A program made the translations under genes and the position numbers. 64,000 nt of DNA from Minisyncoccota bacterium (GTDB lineage Bacteria; Patescibacteriota; Minisyncoccia; Phycocordibacterales; UBA9973), in contig JBAYHJ010000001.1 in assembly GCA_041666225.1 (NCBI GenBank), positions 65,881 through 129,880 of the forward strand, written 5' to 3'. Below the pieces are notes generated by a model. The model saw nothing but the letters and a program-made list of their open reading frames with translations, ran no database searches and was not told the DNA's origin. Below, piece by piece: positions 45,301-54,072 of the stretch. Positions within the stretch are counted from its first letter, which is position 1, and every line of letters begins with the position of its first letter.

Positions 45301-45989
45301 GGTCAAATGGCGTCTCTCGTGGAGCAATAGAAATATTTAGAACTCTTGGATATACAAATTACAACAACACTAATTACAATAATACCAATACAACAACTAG
45401 AACAATAAGAGAATATGTCTATCAGCAAGGAACGACAGTTTCTGGTTCCGAATCACCGATTGTTCTTAGGATTGAAAATAAATACCAAAATATTGGAATA
45501 GGAGATATTGTTGACTATGTTGTTTTCTATAAAAATATCAGTAGCTCAACACTTACTCATCCGATGGTTCAAGTATTTATCCCACAAGGTTTGACACTTC
45601 TAAACTCTTCAAGAGGAACTTATCAAGTAGATGACAGAACTCTATCTGTTCCTATTGAAGACTTATATCCTGATGCAGAGGGTGTAATATATTTACAAGC
45701 AAGAGTTGATTCTTTGGAAATAAACTTAGCACAAATAGTTACAACCGCTGTTCTTGTTTACACAAATCCAAATGGAGCACAAGAAAATGCAATGGCTTAT
45801 GTCTTAAATAATCCTAAAATTGTAAACTTACTTGGTGCATCTGCTTTCTTTGGAGGCATGTACGGCATGAGTTTGATTGGCTGGTTAATATTGATATTAA
45901 TTATATTATTGTTAATATTTATTGCTAGAAGTTTCTATTATCGTAGAAATATAACAACAACTACTCATACGACATCTACCCACTTATAA
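42378..45989 (+). CDS. Giant cell-surface protein (1203 aa): signal peptide, about eight tandem ~95-aa Cys-bracketed beta-domain repeats, N/T-rich linkers, C-terminal TM anchor
   Basis: Repeated modules C(K/T)I(K/N)xF(T/A)AS(P)D.I..GD(S)STL.W.T.NC..V.IS; C-terminal LIGWLILILIILLLIFIARSFYYRR. Confidence 0.5.
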   Translation: MKNYMKKIIVGILSFVFLFVGQNVFAATIWNTGSGGPECPDINIANYTTNTGYGSPCWTGTNINANPGDTINVKIYYHNTSNTTATNTVIKLVAPTGSSTNHSFTAQIVSPQGSLYSAPVTVTIPSSQTLSFGSTIWYTKPDPINQPNYLAPTPLLNGQNGADVISTNGGLYIGNIASGWTTQGAVVVSFKVSNTTTNSNCTLSSFSANPSTINPGQSSTLTWGMANCALVKLYDGPTLIGVYNSPQTQTSVSPVSTTNYNLQAYSYKGILSGSKNTTVTVNPIVQQMTGNISVTPPASTSCVIASGNSTCGISFTWTTQNPEAVSAVTHNGATVANGNNGTKTFAISKGPQTYFLYNNTVLLDQETVYASCAVNTSWNGSSCAPTIVTNNCIIDSFYGDPTSITSTQDSTLKWTSRGCSYFKLYEGTNLINTYYGNQQIVSPNVTTTYTLKAYNYNNILGDSESTTITVKGIIIPTDTCTIKGFTASPDFIKQGGYSTLVWSTSNCVSTSISPSIGPVVPVIGGSLKVKPIQTTTYTLTATGSNGVVKRQTVTVVVDSIIISGCKIKNFTANPDSIMISDYSVLKWETEGCTKVTISNLAYNIPTSGEQKVWPTQTTNYILSAEGENGLGMDAQVTIYVNSVPSTCKINDFAASDTSINLGDSSTLSWSTSNCAHVAISNIGNVDAVNSKVVWPVITKTYTLTVENQYGSVVDSRAVTIYVNDNNNNTCKINNFTASDTSIDDGDSSTLHWNTTNCERIKISDVGDYLSDDGSETVSPNEDTTYVLTAYDSNGTHDTASVRIYVDNNNNNDNDCSIDSYSASDTYISRGDDVTLRWRTTDCDDVSITNVGDVNDDGSETVSPYSTTTYVLRAYGNHGSDSESIKINVDYNNYETDNTNVVTTIATNISQNSAQVNGLITNTNYNSASTYFEYGTNVTLGMRTSSRNVSGSTNFSEYLTNLSPNTIYYFRAVGEGSNGVSRGAIEIFRTLGYTNYNNTNYNNTNTTTRTIREYVYQQGTTVSGSESPIVLRIENKYQNIGIGDIVDYVVFYKNISSSTLTHPMVQVFIPQGLTLLNSSRGTYQVDDRTLSVPIEDLYPDAEGVIYLQARVDSLEINLAQIVTTAVLVYTNPNGAQENAMAYVLNNPKIVNLLGASAFFGGMYGMSLIGWLILILIILLLIFIARSFYYRRNITTTTHTTSTHL

Positions 45990-46004
45990 AGATTAGATCT
46001 ATAC

Positions 46005-46028
46005 ATACCCCGACTTTAGTCGGGGTAT
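46005..46028. terminator. GC-clamped hairpin (ataCCCCGACtttaGTCGGGGtat)
   Basis: 7-bp stem after the giant gene. Confidence 0.4.
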
Positions 46029-46042
46029 GTTAGTATATAGAA

Positions 46043-46492
46043 ATGAAAGCCAAATTTAATAAAAAAGAGATACCCAAAATAGCTCAAAATATATTAGATA
46101 AAATAGTAAAAACCAAAAATAATAAAGCTAAAATTTTAGCTTTATCTGGTGAATTAGGAGCGGGTAAAACAACTCTCACTCAAAGCTTTGCAAAACATCT
46201 CGGTGTTAAAGAAAAAATAGTTTCGCCAACATTTGTGATTATGAAATTTTATAATATTGGTTCAAAATCTATTTATTATTCTAGTTTTAAAAAATTGATT
46301 CATATTGATGCTTATCGTCTTGAATCATCTCTGGAATTATTAAAAATAGGTTGGGAAGAAATAATTGAGAATAATGATAATTTAATTATTATAGAATGGC
46401 CAGAAAAAGTAAAAAAAATTATTCCCCCTACTGTTTTTAATATTTCACTTTCTCATATTGACGAAGAAACTCGCTTAATAGAATTTTTGTAA
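46043..46492 (+). CDS. tsaE: tRNA threonylcarbamoyladenosine biosynthesis protein TsaE
   Basis: LSGELGAGKTTLTQSFAKHLGV...SPTFVIM. Confidence 0.8.
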   Translation: MKAKFNKKEIPKIAQNILDKIVKTKNNKAKILALSGELGAGKTTLTQSFAKHLGVKEKIVSPTFVIMKFYNIGSKSIYYSSFKKLIHIDAYRLESSLELLKIGWEEIIENNDNLIIIEWPEKVKKIIPPTVFNISLSHIDEETRLIEFL

Positions 46493-46510
46493 TTCTGCTA
46501 TAATTAGTCT

Positions 46511-48985
46511 ATGGCAACAAAAAAGACCGACAAAAAAAGACTAATTTTACTCGATTCCCATGCAATTATTCACCGAGCCTATCATGCCCTCCCTGAGTTT
46601 ATGAACTCGCGTGGTGAGCCTACTGGGGCCATATACGGCCTTGCTACGATGCTTTTTAAGATTATTACCGATTTAAAACCGGACTATATTGTGGCTTGTT
46701 TTGATCTACCTAAAAAGACCTTTCGTCACGAAGCATATGATGATTACAAAGCCGGGCGAGCCAAGGCCGACGATACCCTAGTAGCTCAGCTCATAAAGTC
46801 ACGTGATTTTTTTAAAGCTTGTTCTGTGCCGATGTATGAATGTGAAGGGTTTGAAGCCGATGATTTACTTGGAACAATCACTGAACAATTAAAAAAGAAA
46901 AATAAAGATATAGATATTATTATTGCCTCTGGCGATATGGATACTTTGCAACTTGTCGATGACGATCATGTACAAGTTTATACCCTCAAAAAGGGAATCA
47001 ACGATACAATTTTATATAATGAAGAAAAAGTTTTTGCGCGTTTTGGATTTTCTCCAGACAAATTACCAGACTACAAAGGTCTTCGTGGAGATCCGTCTGA
47101 TAACATTATTGGGATAAAAGGAATTGGAGAAAAAACAGCGACGACCCTAATATCAAAATATGGCACAGTTGAAAATATTTATAAAACTCTAAAGAAAGAA
47201 GGAGAATTAAAAGAAATTGGAATAACAGATCGCATAGTGACTCTTTTAAAAGAAGGAGAAGAAGAAGCACTTTTTTCAAAAACTTTAGCCACTATTCGTC
47301 GTGATGCACCGATTGTTTTTGAGTTACCCAAAAATGAATGGAAGAATACTGTTGATAAAAACAGTGTCGCTGAATTTTTCCGCGACATGGAATTTAAAAG
47401 TTTACAAAATAGATTTTTGAATGTTTTAGAAGGTTCTAATCTTAATGACGCTTCGCAGGAGAGAGGAAAAGGCCAAAGTCCTTTGAGCGATGGTCTGGCC
47501 GAGCCCCTTGAATCTTTCGATGATGTTGGGCGAGGAGATCCGAGGACCTTGCGAGGAGGAGCTTTGGCCTTGGACGATCTCGAAAAAATTAGCAAAGCCA
47601 AAATTGCTTTCTGGCTTCTTAATTCTGAAAGAACAGACCCTGATCTCGATGAGGTTATAAATTATAAAGGTTGTAAAACTTTAGATGAGGCATTGTTAAA
47701 ACTTGAAGAAGATATAAAAAAGCAAAAACTCACATATGTCTATGAAAATATTGAACAACCGATTACTCCGATAATAGATAAAATGGAGAAACAAGGGATC
47801 CTTGTTGATGTTTCATATTTAAAAAAGATTGGAGAAGAATATCATAAAGATTTAGAAATTTTAGAAAAGAATATATGGCAAGAAGCTGGAGAGGAATTTA
47901 ATATTAATTCACCAAAACAAATTAGTGAAATTCTTTTTACTAAACTCGCTCTTTCTATTAAGGGTATTAAGAAAAGTGCGGGGGGAGCAATATCTACCCG
48001 TGAAAGCGAACTTGAAAAACTTAGAGATGTGCACCCTATAGTTGGCGAAATATTGAAACACCGCGAACTTCAAAAATTATTATCAACATATATAGATACT
48101 ATTCCCGCTCAAGTTGGACCAGACGGCAGGCTTCATGCACATTTTATTCAGGCGGGTACTACAACAGGCCGTTTTTCTTCAAACAATCCAAATTTACAAA
48201 ATATTCCGATTAAAACCGAGCGTGGGAAAAATATTCGTAATGCTTTTATTGCCCCTGAGGGTTACTTTCTTGCCTCATTTGATTATTCACAGATTGAGCT
48301 TCGTGTTGCGGCTTTGATGTCGCAAGATTCTTATTTTGTAAAAGCTTTTGAAGAGGGCAAGGATATCCACTGCGCAGTGGCAATGAAAGTTTTTGGAGTT
48401 TCTGAAGAAGATGTAACTCATGATATGAGACGCCGAGCCAAAGTTATTAACTTTGGAATTCTCTATGGCATGGGAGTAAATGCGCTTAAGGAAAATCTTG
48501 GTACAGACAGGAAAGAAGCTCAAATATTTTATGATAATTATTTTGCTCAATTCCCAACTATTGCCGGATATTTAGAGAGTATTAAAAATTTTGCAAAAGA
48601 ACATGGGTATACAGAAACTCTTTTTGGAAGAAAGAGATATTTCCCAGGGATTAAATCTCCCATTCCTTTTATTAGAGCAATGGCTGAACGTATGGCGACC
48701 AATGCGCCGATTCAAGGAACTGCGACTGCAGATATTATAAAGATTGGGATGAAGAAGGCTGACGATGCACTCAGAAAAGCTTCACTTATAAATGATGTAA
48801 GGTTAGTCCTTCAGGTTCACGATGAATTGGTTTATGAAATAAAAAAAGAAAAGAAAGATGAAGCGACCAGGATTATTGAGGAAGCGATGAAAAATGCGAT
48901 TCCAGATGAGTTTTTAGAAGGAAAAGAGAAAGTACCACTCCTTGTTTCAGCTGTTTTAGGTAAAAATTGGGGGGAGTTAAAATAG
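46511..48985 (+). CDS. polA: DNA polymerase I (5'-3' exonuclease + polymerase domains)
   Basis: Pol A motifs RRRAKVINFGILYGM and VHDELVYE, with an N-terminal FEN domain. CTGCTATAAT-N6-ATG lies upstream. Confidence 0.9.
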   Translation: MATKKTDKKRLILLDSHAIIHRAYHALPEFMNSRGEPTGAIYGLATMLFKIITDLKPDYIVACFDLPKKTFRHEAYDDYKAGRAKADDTLVAQLIKSRDFFKACSVPMYECEGFEADDLLGTITEQLKKKNKDIDIIIASGDMDTLQLVDDDHVQVYTLKKGINDTILYNEEKVFARFGFSPDKLPDYKGLRGDPSDNIIGIKGIGEKTATTLISKYGTVENIYKTLKKEGELKEIGITDRIVTLLKEGEEEALFSKTLATIRRDAPIVFELPKNEWKNTVDKNSVAEFFRDMEFKSLQNRFLNVLEGSNLNDASQERGKGQSPLSDGLAEPLESFDDVGRGDPRTLRGGALALDDLEKISKAKIAFWLLNSERTDPDLDEVINYKGCKTLDEALLKLEEDIKKQKLTYVYENIEQPITPIIDKMEKQGILVDVSYLKKIGEEYHKDLEILEKNIWQEAGEEFNINSPKQISEILFTKLALSIKGIKKSAGGAISTRESELEKLRDVHPIVGEILKHRELQKLLSTYIDTIPAQVGPDGRLHAHFIQAGTTTGRFSSNNPNLQNIPIKTERGKNIRNAFIAPEGYFLASFDYSQIELRVAALMSQDSYFVKAFEEGKDIHCAVAMKVFGVSEEDVTHDMRRRAKVINFGILYGMGVNALKENLGTDRKEAQIFYDNYFAQFPTIAGYLESIKNFAKEHGYTETLFGRKRYFPGIKSPIPFIRAMAERMATNAPIQGTATADIIKIGMKKADDALRKASLINDVRLVLQVHDELVYEIKKEKKDEATRIIEEAMKNAIPDEFLEGKEKVPLLVSAVLGKNWGELK

Positions 48986-49020
48986 TAGCAAAAATTAATT
49001 TCAAGTGATAGGATTAATAT

Positions 49021-49521
49021 ATGAAACCAATAGAGTACCAAGAAAATGAATTTAAACTAAAAAGGAAGGAAACAGTCCATTTTGTTTTACTTCATTCATA
49101 TTCAATATTTCTTATTGCTGTGGTTTTGGGTGTGTTTTTAGATATTGTCTTTAAATTGAAAATATTTTCTAACGAAATATATAAATATGTCGGTTTTGCG
49201 ATGCTTATAATTAGTTCTTTAATTATATATTGGGCACAATCAACTTCTGCTAATTACCAAGAAAGAGTTCATAAGAAAGAGGGGAGGTCTAATTTTGAAT
49301 TTGGTCCATACCGATATATGCGTTCCCCAACACATTTTGGGCTTTTTATTATGACGATTGGTTTTGCTCTCATAATAAATTCACTTTTTAGCGTTATCTT
49401 TACCATAATTGCTTATGCCATCACAAAACTTTTTTTCCTTAAGAGAGAAGAAAAGATATTAGAAAAAAAATATGGTGAAGTTTATCGAGACTATAAAAAG
49501 AAGGTTAGAAATTGGATATGA
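49021..49521 (+). CDS. Isoprenylcysteine carboxyl methyltransferase (ICMT/PEMT) family membrane protein
   Basis: GPYRYMRSPTHFGLFIMTIGFALI. Confidence 0.55.
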   Translation: MKPIEYQENEFKLKRKETVHFVLLHSYSIFLIAVVLGVFLDIVFKLKIFSNEIYKYVGFAMLIISSLIIYWAQSTSANYQERVHKKEGRSNFEFGPYRYMRSPTHFGLFIMTIGFALIINSLFSVIFTIIAYAITKLFFLKREEKILEKKYGEVYRDYKKKVRNWI

Positions 49522-50153
49522 TATATATTCTCTTTGGTAATGATACAAAGAAAAAAAATGTTTATTTAAAAAGGTTATATAAAAATAATCAACCAATTTT
49601 TATTCCCGTGCGTGAATTATCAAAAGAAATGTTTTTTGACCAAGCACAAAGTGTAAGTTTATTTGGCGAACAGTCTATTTTCGTTTTTGAAAATTTCATT
49701 GGAGATAAAGATTTTGAATTAAAAGATGAGGAGATCTCACATTTAAAAGATTCACAAAATATTTTTATTTTCAAAGAAGATAAATTACTTGCCCCGGATT
49801 TAAAAAAATATAAAAAACATGCAACAATAGAAGACTTAAGTTCAGCAGTAATAAAACAAACACCGAAAATAAATGTTTTTGGCATTGCCGATGCATTTGC
49901 ACGAAAAGATAAAATTCAAACATGGGTTTTGTTTAGAGAGGCAGTTTCCGCTGGTGTTGCACCCGAAGAAGTTTCTGGAATTTTATTTTGGAAAATAAAA
50001 ACAATGATATTAAATAGCACAAAGGTTTTCACTAGTGATGAGCTTAAAAATAGATCAAGTGAGCTCGTTTCTATTTATCATAAAGCACACGGCGGGGAAA
50101 TTGATTTTACTATCGGGCTTGAGCAGTTTATCTTAAATTCATTAAATAAATAA
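49512..50153 (+). CDS. Possible DNA polymerase III delta subunit (HolA-like, short)
   Basis: YILFGND...SLFGEQSIFVFEN near the N-terminus and a helical C-domain; weak similarity. Confidence 0.35.
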   Translation: MDMIYILFGNDTKKKNVYLKRLYKNNQPIFIPVRELSKEMFFDQAQSVSLFGEQSIFVFENFIGDKDFELKDEEISHLKDSQNIFIFKEDKLLAPDLKKYKKHATIEDLSSAVIKQTPKINVFGIADAFARKDKIQTWVLFREAVSAGVAPEEVSGILFWKIKTMILNSTKVFTSDELKNRSSELVSIYHKAHGGEIDFTIGLEQFILNSLNK

Positions 50154-50484
50154 TTTAGACAAAAAGAAAAGGCTTGGAAGTTGAACCTCAAAAATTTGAG
50201 AACCAGCTTCCAAGCCTTTGGCTTTATTAGAAACAAAGAACGACTCACGAATAATAATGTGAGTATAAATGTGCTAAATAATGATTATATATCTTTCCCG
50301 ATATTAATATCCCAATACATAGGGAGAATGTTGGAAAGATTATTTCAAATACGTCTTAATTACATTATATAATAAAACTGGGGATAAGCAAAGACATAAG
50401 GGGATAACTTTCATACCCCATATTTATAGGTGTTGATTTTTAAGCATAAATGTGGTATTTTTGATAAATCGTGCTATTTAATAT

Positions 50485-50557
50485 CCTCTCGTAGCTCAGT
50501 TGGTAGAGCAGCTCCCTTTTAAGGAGATGGTCGTAGGTTCGATTCCTACCGAGAGGA
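50485..50557 (+). tRNA. tRNA-Lys (anticodon UUU)
   Basis: Acceptor CCTCTCG/CGAGAGG, D-arm GCTCagttggtaGAGC, anticodon loop cuUUUaa, T-arm GTAGGttcgattCCTAC; no encoded CCA. Confidence 0.85.
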
Positions 50558-50605
50558 CAAGAATAAAAACCTTAAGAAATTGAGGTTTTTATTCTTGTCC
50601 TCTCG
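50550..50605 (+). terminator. 23-bp perfect inverted repeat hairpin (includes the tRNA 3' acceptor strand)
   Basis: CGAGAGGACAAGAATAAAAACCT-10nt-AGGTTTTTATTCTTGTCCTCTCG. Confidence 0.5.
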
Positions 50606-50749
50606 AGCAAGCAAACTGCTTTGCTTGCGTGTAGGAAGTGAAAAGCTTTTCAGTAAATATGAGCATTTATGCGAATATTTTTGAAAAGGTGTACTGGTTA
50701 TGTAATGACCGATAAGAGTACTCGCTGTCCTATAGAACCTAACCCAGAC

Positions 50750-50791
50750 AGGAATCGAACTTTTGTGTATTTCTGATATAATTTGATTATG
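50750..50791 (+). promoter_or_regulatory. Conserved 42-nt promoter cassette copy 1 (GAATCGAAC...TATTTCTGATATAAT-N6-ATG), leaderless-type
   Basis: Aligns column by column with copies at 54031 and 55175. Confidence 0.55.
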
Positions 50792-51277
50792 GAAAATTTA
50801 TCAATAAAATCAAAAGAAATAATAGAGAAAATTGAGTATCTTAATTTGGCTACTATTACACCAGAAGGGTTACCTTGGAATAGCCCAGTATATTGTTCTT
50901 TTGATAAAGACCTTAATTTCTATTGGTTATCTTGGAAAGAAAACCAACATTCAAAAAACATAAGAAACAATGAAAATGTTTATGTGACAATTTATGACTC
51001 AACAATATTTTCGGGAACTGGGATTGGTGTTTATTTTCAAGGCAAAGCATATGAATTAAGTAATCCTATAGACATAGTTAAAGGTTTAACTCATCATTAT
51101 GGAAGAAGTAAAAAGAAAATAAAAGATGTAATAATGTTTCTTACTTCATACCCAAGGAGAGTTTATAAATTTGTTCCAGAAAAAGCTTGGATTAATGGCG
51201 AAGGAGAAATAAACGGTAATTACATAGATACTAGAACAGAGTTAGATTTAGAGGAATTAAAGAAAATGATTAAATAA
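50789..51277 (+). CDS. Pyridoxamine 5'-phosphate oxidase-like FMN-binding split-barrel protein (general stress protein 26-like)
   Basis: LNLATITPEGLPWNSPVYCSFDKDLNFYWLS...NVYVTIYD. Confidence 0.45.
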   Translation: MENLSIKSKEIIEKIEYLNLATITPEGLPWNSPVYCSFDKDLNFYWLSWKENQHSKNIRNNENVYVTIYDSTIFSGTGIGVYFQGKAYELSNPIDIVKGLTHHYGRSKKKIKDVIMFLTSYPRRVYKFVPEKAWINGEGEINGNYIDTRTELDLEELKKMIK

Positions 51278-51281
51278 TTTT

Positions 51282-51881
51282 ATGAAAAAAATTGGACAAG
51301 GGTGGCAATATACGACATATGATTTAGGAAATGGAAAGGTTTTAAAAAAATTTCATTCTTGGACTAAAGCTTATTTTGTAATTTTCTGGCAAATATTTCC
51401 ATTTAACAAGGATTCTTTTTTTGAGATTCCTAGTTTTATTAAAGATGTAAAAAGAAAGGCCGATGTTTCATTTAAAATATTAAAAAGAGTTAACATTCCA
51501 CAAGAATGGATGGCAAATCCAAGGTTTATTAATAAATATGATTTTGAGCAAGATAAGGTTATCGCCCTGCATGAAGCGTTTGAAGGTTTGGACTCTAACG
51601 GAATTAAAAAAATCGTAGATCAGTTTATTGAATTTAATTTAAAATTATTAAAACTCGGTGTAATAGATAAAAGTTTCAACATTACAAAAAATTACGGGAT
51701 AAATAATAAAGGAGAGGTAGTGCTTATTGATATAGGAGAACTTTTTGATAATAAAGAATTAATAAGGAAACAACTAAATGACCGTGGGTGGACCAATAGT
51801 TATGTGGGAGGATGTATTAAAGACAAAGAGGCTCAGGAGTATTTTATTAATGAGATGGATAGAAATTTTAATTTGAATTAA
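51282..51881 (+). CDS. Hypothetical protein, possibly a small atypical kinase-like fold
   Basis: GQGWQYTTYDLGNGKVLKK (glycine loop + Lys), VVLIDIGE (DxG); weak. Confidence 0.25.
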   Translation: MKKIGQGWQYTTYDLGNGKVLKKFHSWTKAYFVIFWQIFPFNKDSFFEIPSFIKDVKRKADVSFKILKRVNIPQEWMANPRFINKYDFEQDKVIALHEAFEGLDSNGIKKIVDQFIEFNLKLLKLGVIDKSFNITKNYGINNKGEVVLIDIGELFDNKELIRKQLNDRGWTNSYVGGCIKDKEAQEYFINEMDRNFNLN

Positions 51882-51887
51882 AACAAT

Positions 51888-52502
51888 ATGAAACTAATAC
51901 TAGCGTCAGATTTAAGTTTTCTATTAAAATATGGCTATGACCTGACAGGTATTTCCAAAAATCAAATGAGTGTAGGTTATGTGACAACTGCTTCCAAGGG
52001 TACCCCTAATTCAGATTACATAAAAAAGTACAGTAAAATTATAAGCGAAAATGGCATCTATCTTAAAGAGATAGACATTGAAAATAAAAACGAAGAAGAA
52101 CTAAGAGCATTTTTCAAAGATAAAAATATTATTCACATAGAAGGTGGAAGTACTTTTTACTTATTAAATGCGATGAAAGCCAATGGTTTTGATAAATTAC
52201 TAATAGAACTTCTTAATCAAGGGAAAGTATATATTGGTACTAGCGCTGGAGCTGCAATAATGGGGATAACCATAAAATCAAGCTCTGGTATCCCTGAAAA
52301 TCCAACAAAAGAGATGCTGCGAGGATTAGGACTAGCTCCGTTTGTAATACAAGCTCATTACACAGATGATAAAAAAGAAGAATATAAAGAAAAAACGAAG
52401 GATTTAGAATACCCAGTTAAATTTTTACGAGACGGGCAAGGTTATTTTGTTGAAGATGACAATTATACTTTTATTGGTGAAGTAGAAGAAGTTAAAATAT
52501 AA
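51888..52502 (+). CDS. Peptidase E / S51 family (type 1 glutamine amidotransferase-like) peptidase
   Basis: IHIEGGSTFYLLNAMK...VYIGTSAGAAIMG. Confidence 0.6.
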   Translation: MKLILASDLSFLLKYGYDLTGISKNQMSVGYVTTASKGTPNSDYIKKYSKIISENGIYLKEIDIENKNEEELRAFFKDKNIIHIEGGSTFYLLNAMKANGFDKLLIELLNQGKVYIGTSAGAAIMGITIKSSSGIPENPTKEMLRGLGLAPFVIQAHYTDDKKEEYKEKTKDLEYPVKFLRDGQGYFVEDDNYTFIGEVEEVKI

Positions 52503-52507
52503 ATATT

Positions 52508-52930
52508 ATGTTAAAAGTAGATTTTTACAATTTAGGAGAAATAAAAGATAGTGATCTTTCTTTTTCTGTGATTACAGCTATACATAATAGTAAATGGGTA
52601 TTTACCAAACATAGGAAAAGAGATACTTGGGAAACACCAGGTGGAAAAAGAAATGAATCTGAAAGTATTGATGAATGTGCTTCCAGAGAATTAATTGAAG
52701 AAACAGGAGCCGATAAATTCAGTTTAATTCCTTTATGTATTTATTCAGTTGAGAAAGAAGACAAAAAAGATTTTGGGCAGATATATTATTCCGAAATTGA
52801 TAATTTTAATGAATTACCTGATTTTGAGATGGAAAAGATAGAATTTTTTGATAAATTACCAGATAAACTAACTCATCCGTTAATTGAGTCACTTATATTT
52901 AAAAAGGTTTTAGAGATTCTAGGTAAATAA
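52508..52930 (+). CDS. NUDIX hydrolase
   Basis: Nudix box GGKRNESESIDECASRELIEETGA. Confidence 0.7.
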   Translation: MLKVDFYNLGEIKDSDLSFSVITAIHNSKWVFTKHRKRDTWETPGGKRNESESIDECASRELIEETGADKFSLIPLCIYSVEKEDKKDFGQIYYSEIDNFNELPDFEMEKIEFFDKLPDKLTHPLIESLIFKKVLEILGK

Positions 52931-52931
52931 T

Positions 52932-53969
52932 ATGGAAAAATTTTACACTGAACATAAAGGAAAGGTTATAAATACTGATAATAAATTTACTCATGTTATG
53001 GCTATTACTCTCGACCCTAGGACTCAATACAAAGAGGGGGTTATTAGATGTATAACAAGCCGTGAAGGGGACATACAAACAAAGGGCTATATAGACAGAA
53101 GTGAACTTCATAAAATAAAAGGAAATTTATTAGAAAGTTTCGAAATTGAACAAAAGTTAAATATAAAAAATGAAGGAGATATAATAAAAGAATTAACTCT
53201 AGAAGGTTATGAGTTTATTGGATTAGAAGACCCTGATATTTGGATAGATGAAGAAAATGATTTGATACATTTATATTTTACAATTCCAATAATTAATAAA
53301 AAAGAACATGGTAAAAATAAAATTCACCTTGGTCATGCTGTTGGGAGGGATTTGGATTCTTTAGAAATGACTACACCTGTTTTACTTGCAGACGAAATTG
53401 GAGGAGCTAAAGAATTATCCATAGTTCCAATAAATAAAAAAGGTTTCAGGTATAATTTAGTAGAATCAAGTAAAAAAGAGGAAGATTTTAATTATTCAGT
53501 AATTAGAATAGCTGTTACAGAAGATATGAATAAAGAATGGAAATTTGGAGATATTATATTTCACCCCAAAGAACACAATATTCCGTGGATTGGAGGACAT
53601 GCTTCTCCGGGACCATTGTTGCCGGAAAGTTTTATATATATAGGAGAAGGTAAATTATTGGGTTTTATAAATGGTCGTGAAGCGAATCAGAAAGGAGAAA
53701 ACGAAAAAACTAAATATGGGATATTTTCTATTGGGTTGTTTGTGTATGATTATGAAAAGGGGAAAATAGAATGGGTGTCACCCGAACCATTTATTCAAGA
53801 CAGTGAAGCTGTCACTATTACATTTGCGAGTCATTTTATAGAAACAGGTGAAGGGGAAGGAATTTTATATGCTCATGTAGATGATTCATTTGTAAGGGCG
53901 TATACATTAAAAAGTGAACAAGTAAAACAGTTTTTGATTAAATATAGTTGTCCTTATTCCGTGTCTTAA
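52932..53969 (+). CDS. Hypothetical protein (beta-rich, possibly propeller-like)
   Basis: 345-aa ORF, last gene of the operon driven by cassette 1. Confidence 0.35.
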   Translation: MEKFYTEHKGKVINTDNKFTHVMAITLDPRTQYKEGVIRCITSREGDIQTKGYIDRSELHKIKGNLLESFEIEQKLNIKNEGDIIKELTLEGYEFIGLEDPDIWIDEENDLIHLYFTIPIINKKEHGKNKIHLGHAVGRDLDSLEMTTPVLLADEIGGAKELSIVPINKKGFRYNLVESSKKEEDFNYSVIRIAVTEDMNKEWKFGDIIFHPKEHNIPWIGGHASPGPLLPESFIYIGEGKLLGFINGREANQKGENEKTKYGIFSIGLFVYDYEKGKIEWVSPEPFIQDSEAVTITFASHFIETGEGEGILYAHVDDSFVRAYTLKSEQVKQFLIKYSCPYSVS

Positions 53970-54030
53970 TAAAAATCCTATTATATAATCTATTCAAAAC
54001 AGGTCTTTGTTCTGAGAACTCAAGCTCAAC

Positions 54031-54072
54031 GAGAATCAAACTTTTATCTATTTCTGTTATAATTTAAATATG
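54031..54072 (+). promoter_or_regulatory. Conserved promoter cassette copy 2 (GAGAATCAAAC...TATTTCTGTTATAAT-N6-ATG)
   Basis: See copy 1. Confidence 0.55.

Noticed and set aside
50181-50372. 63-aa ORF upstream of tRNA-Lys
   Set aside because: No start context or motifs. It lies in a spacer that more plausibly holds the tRNA promoter.
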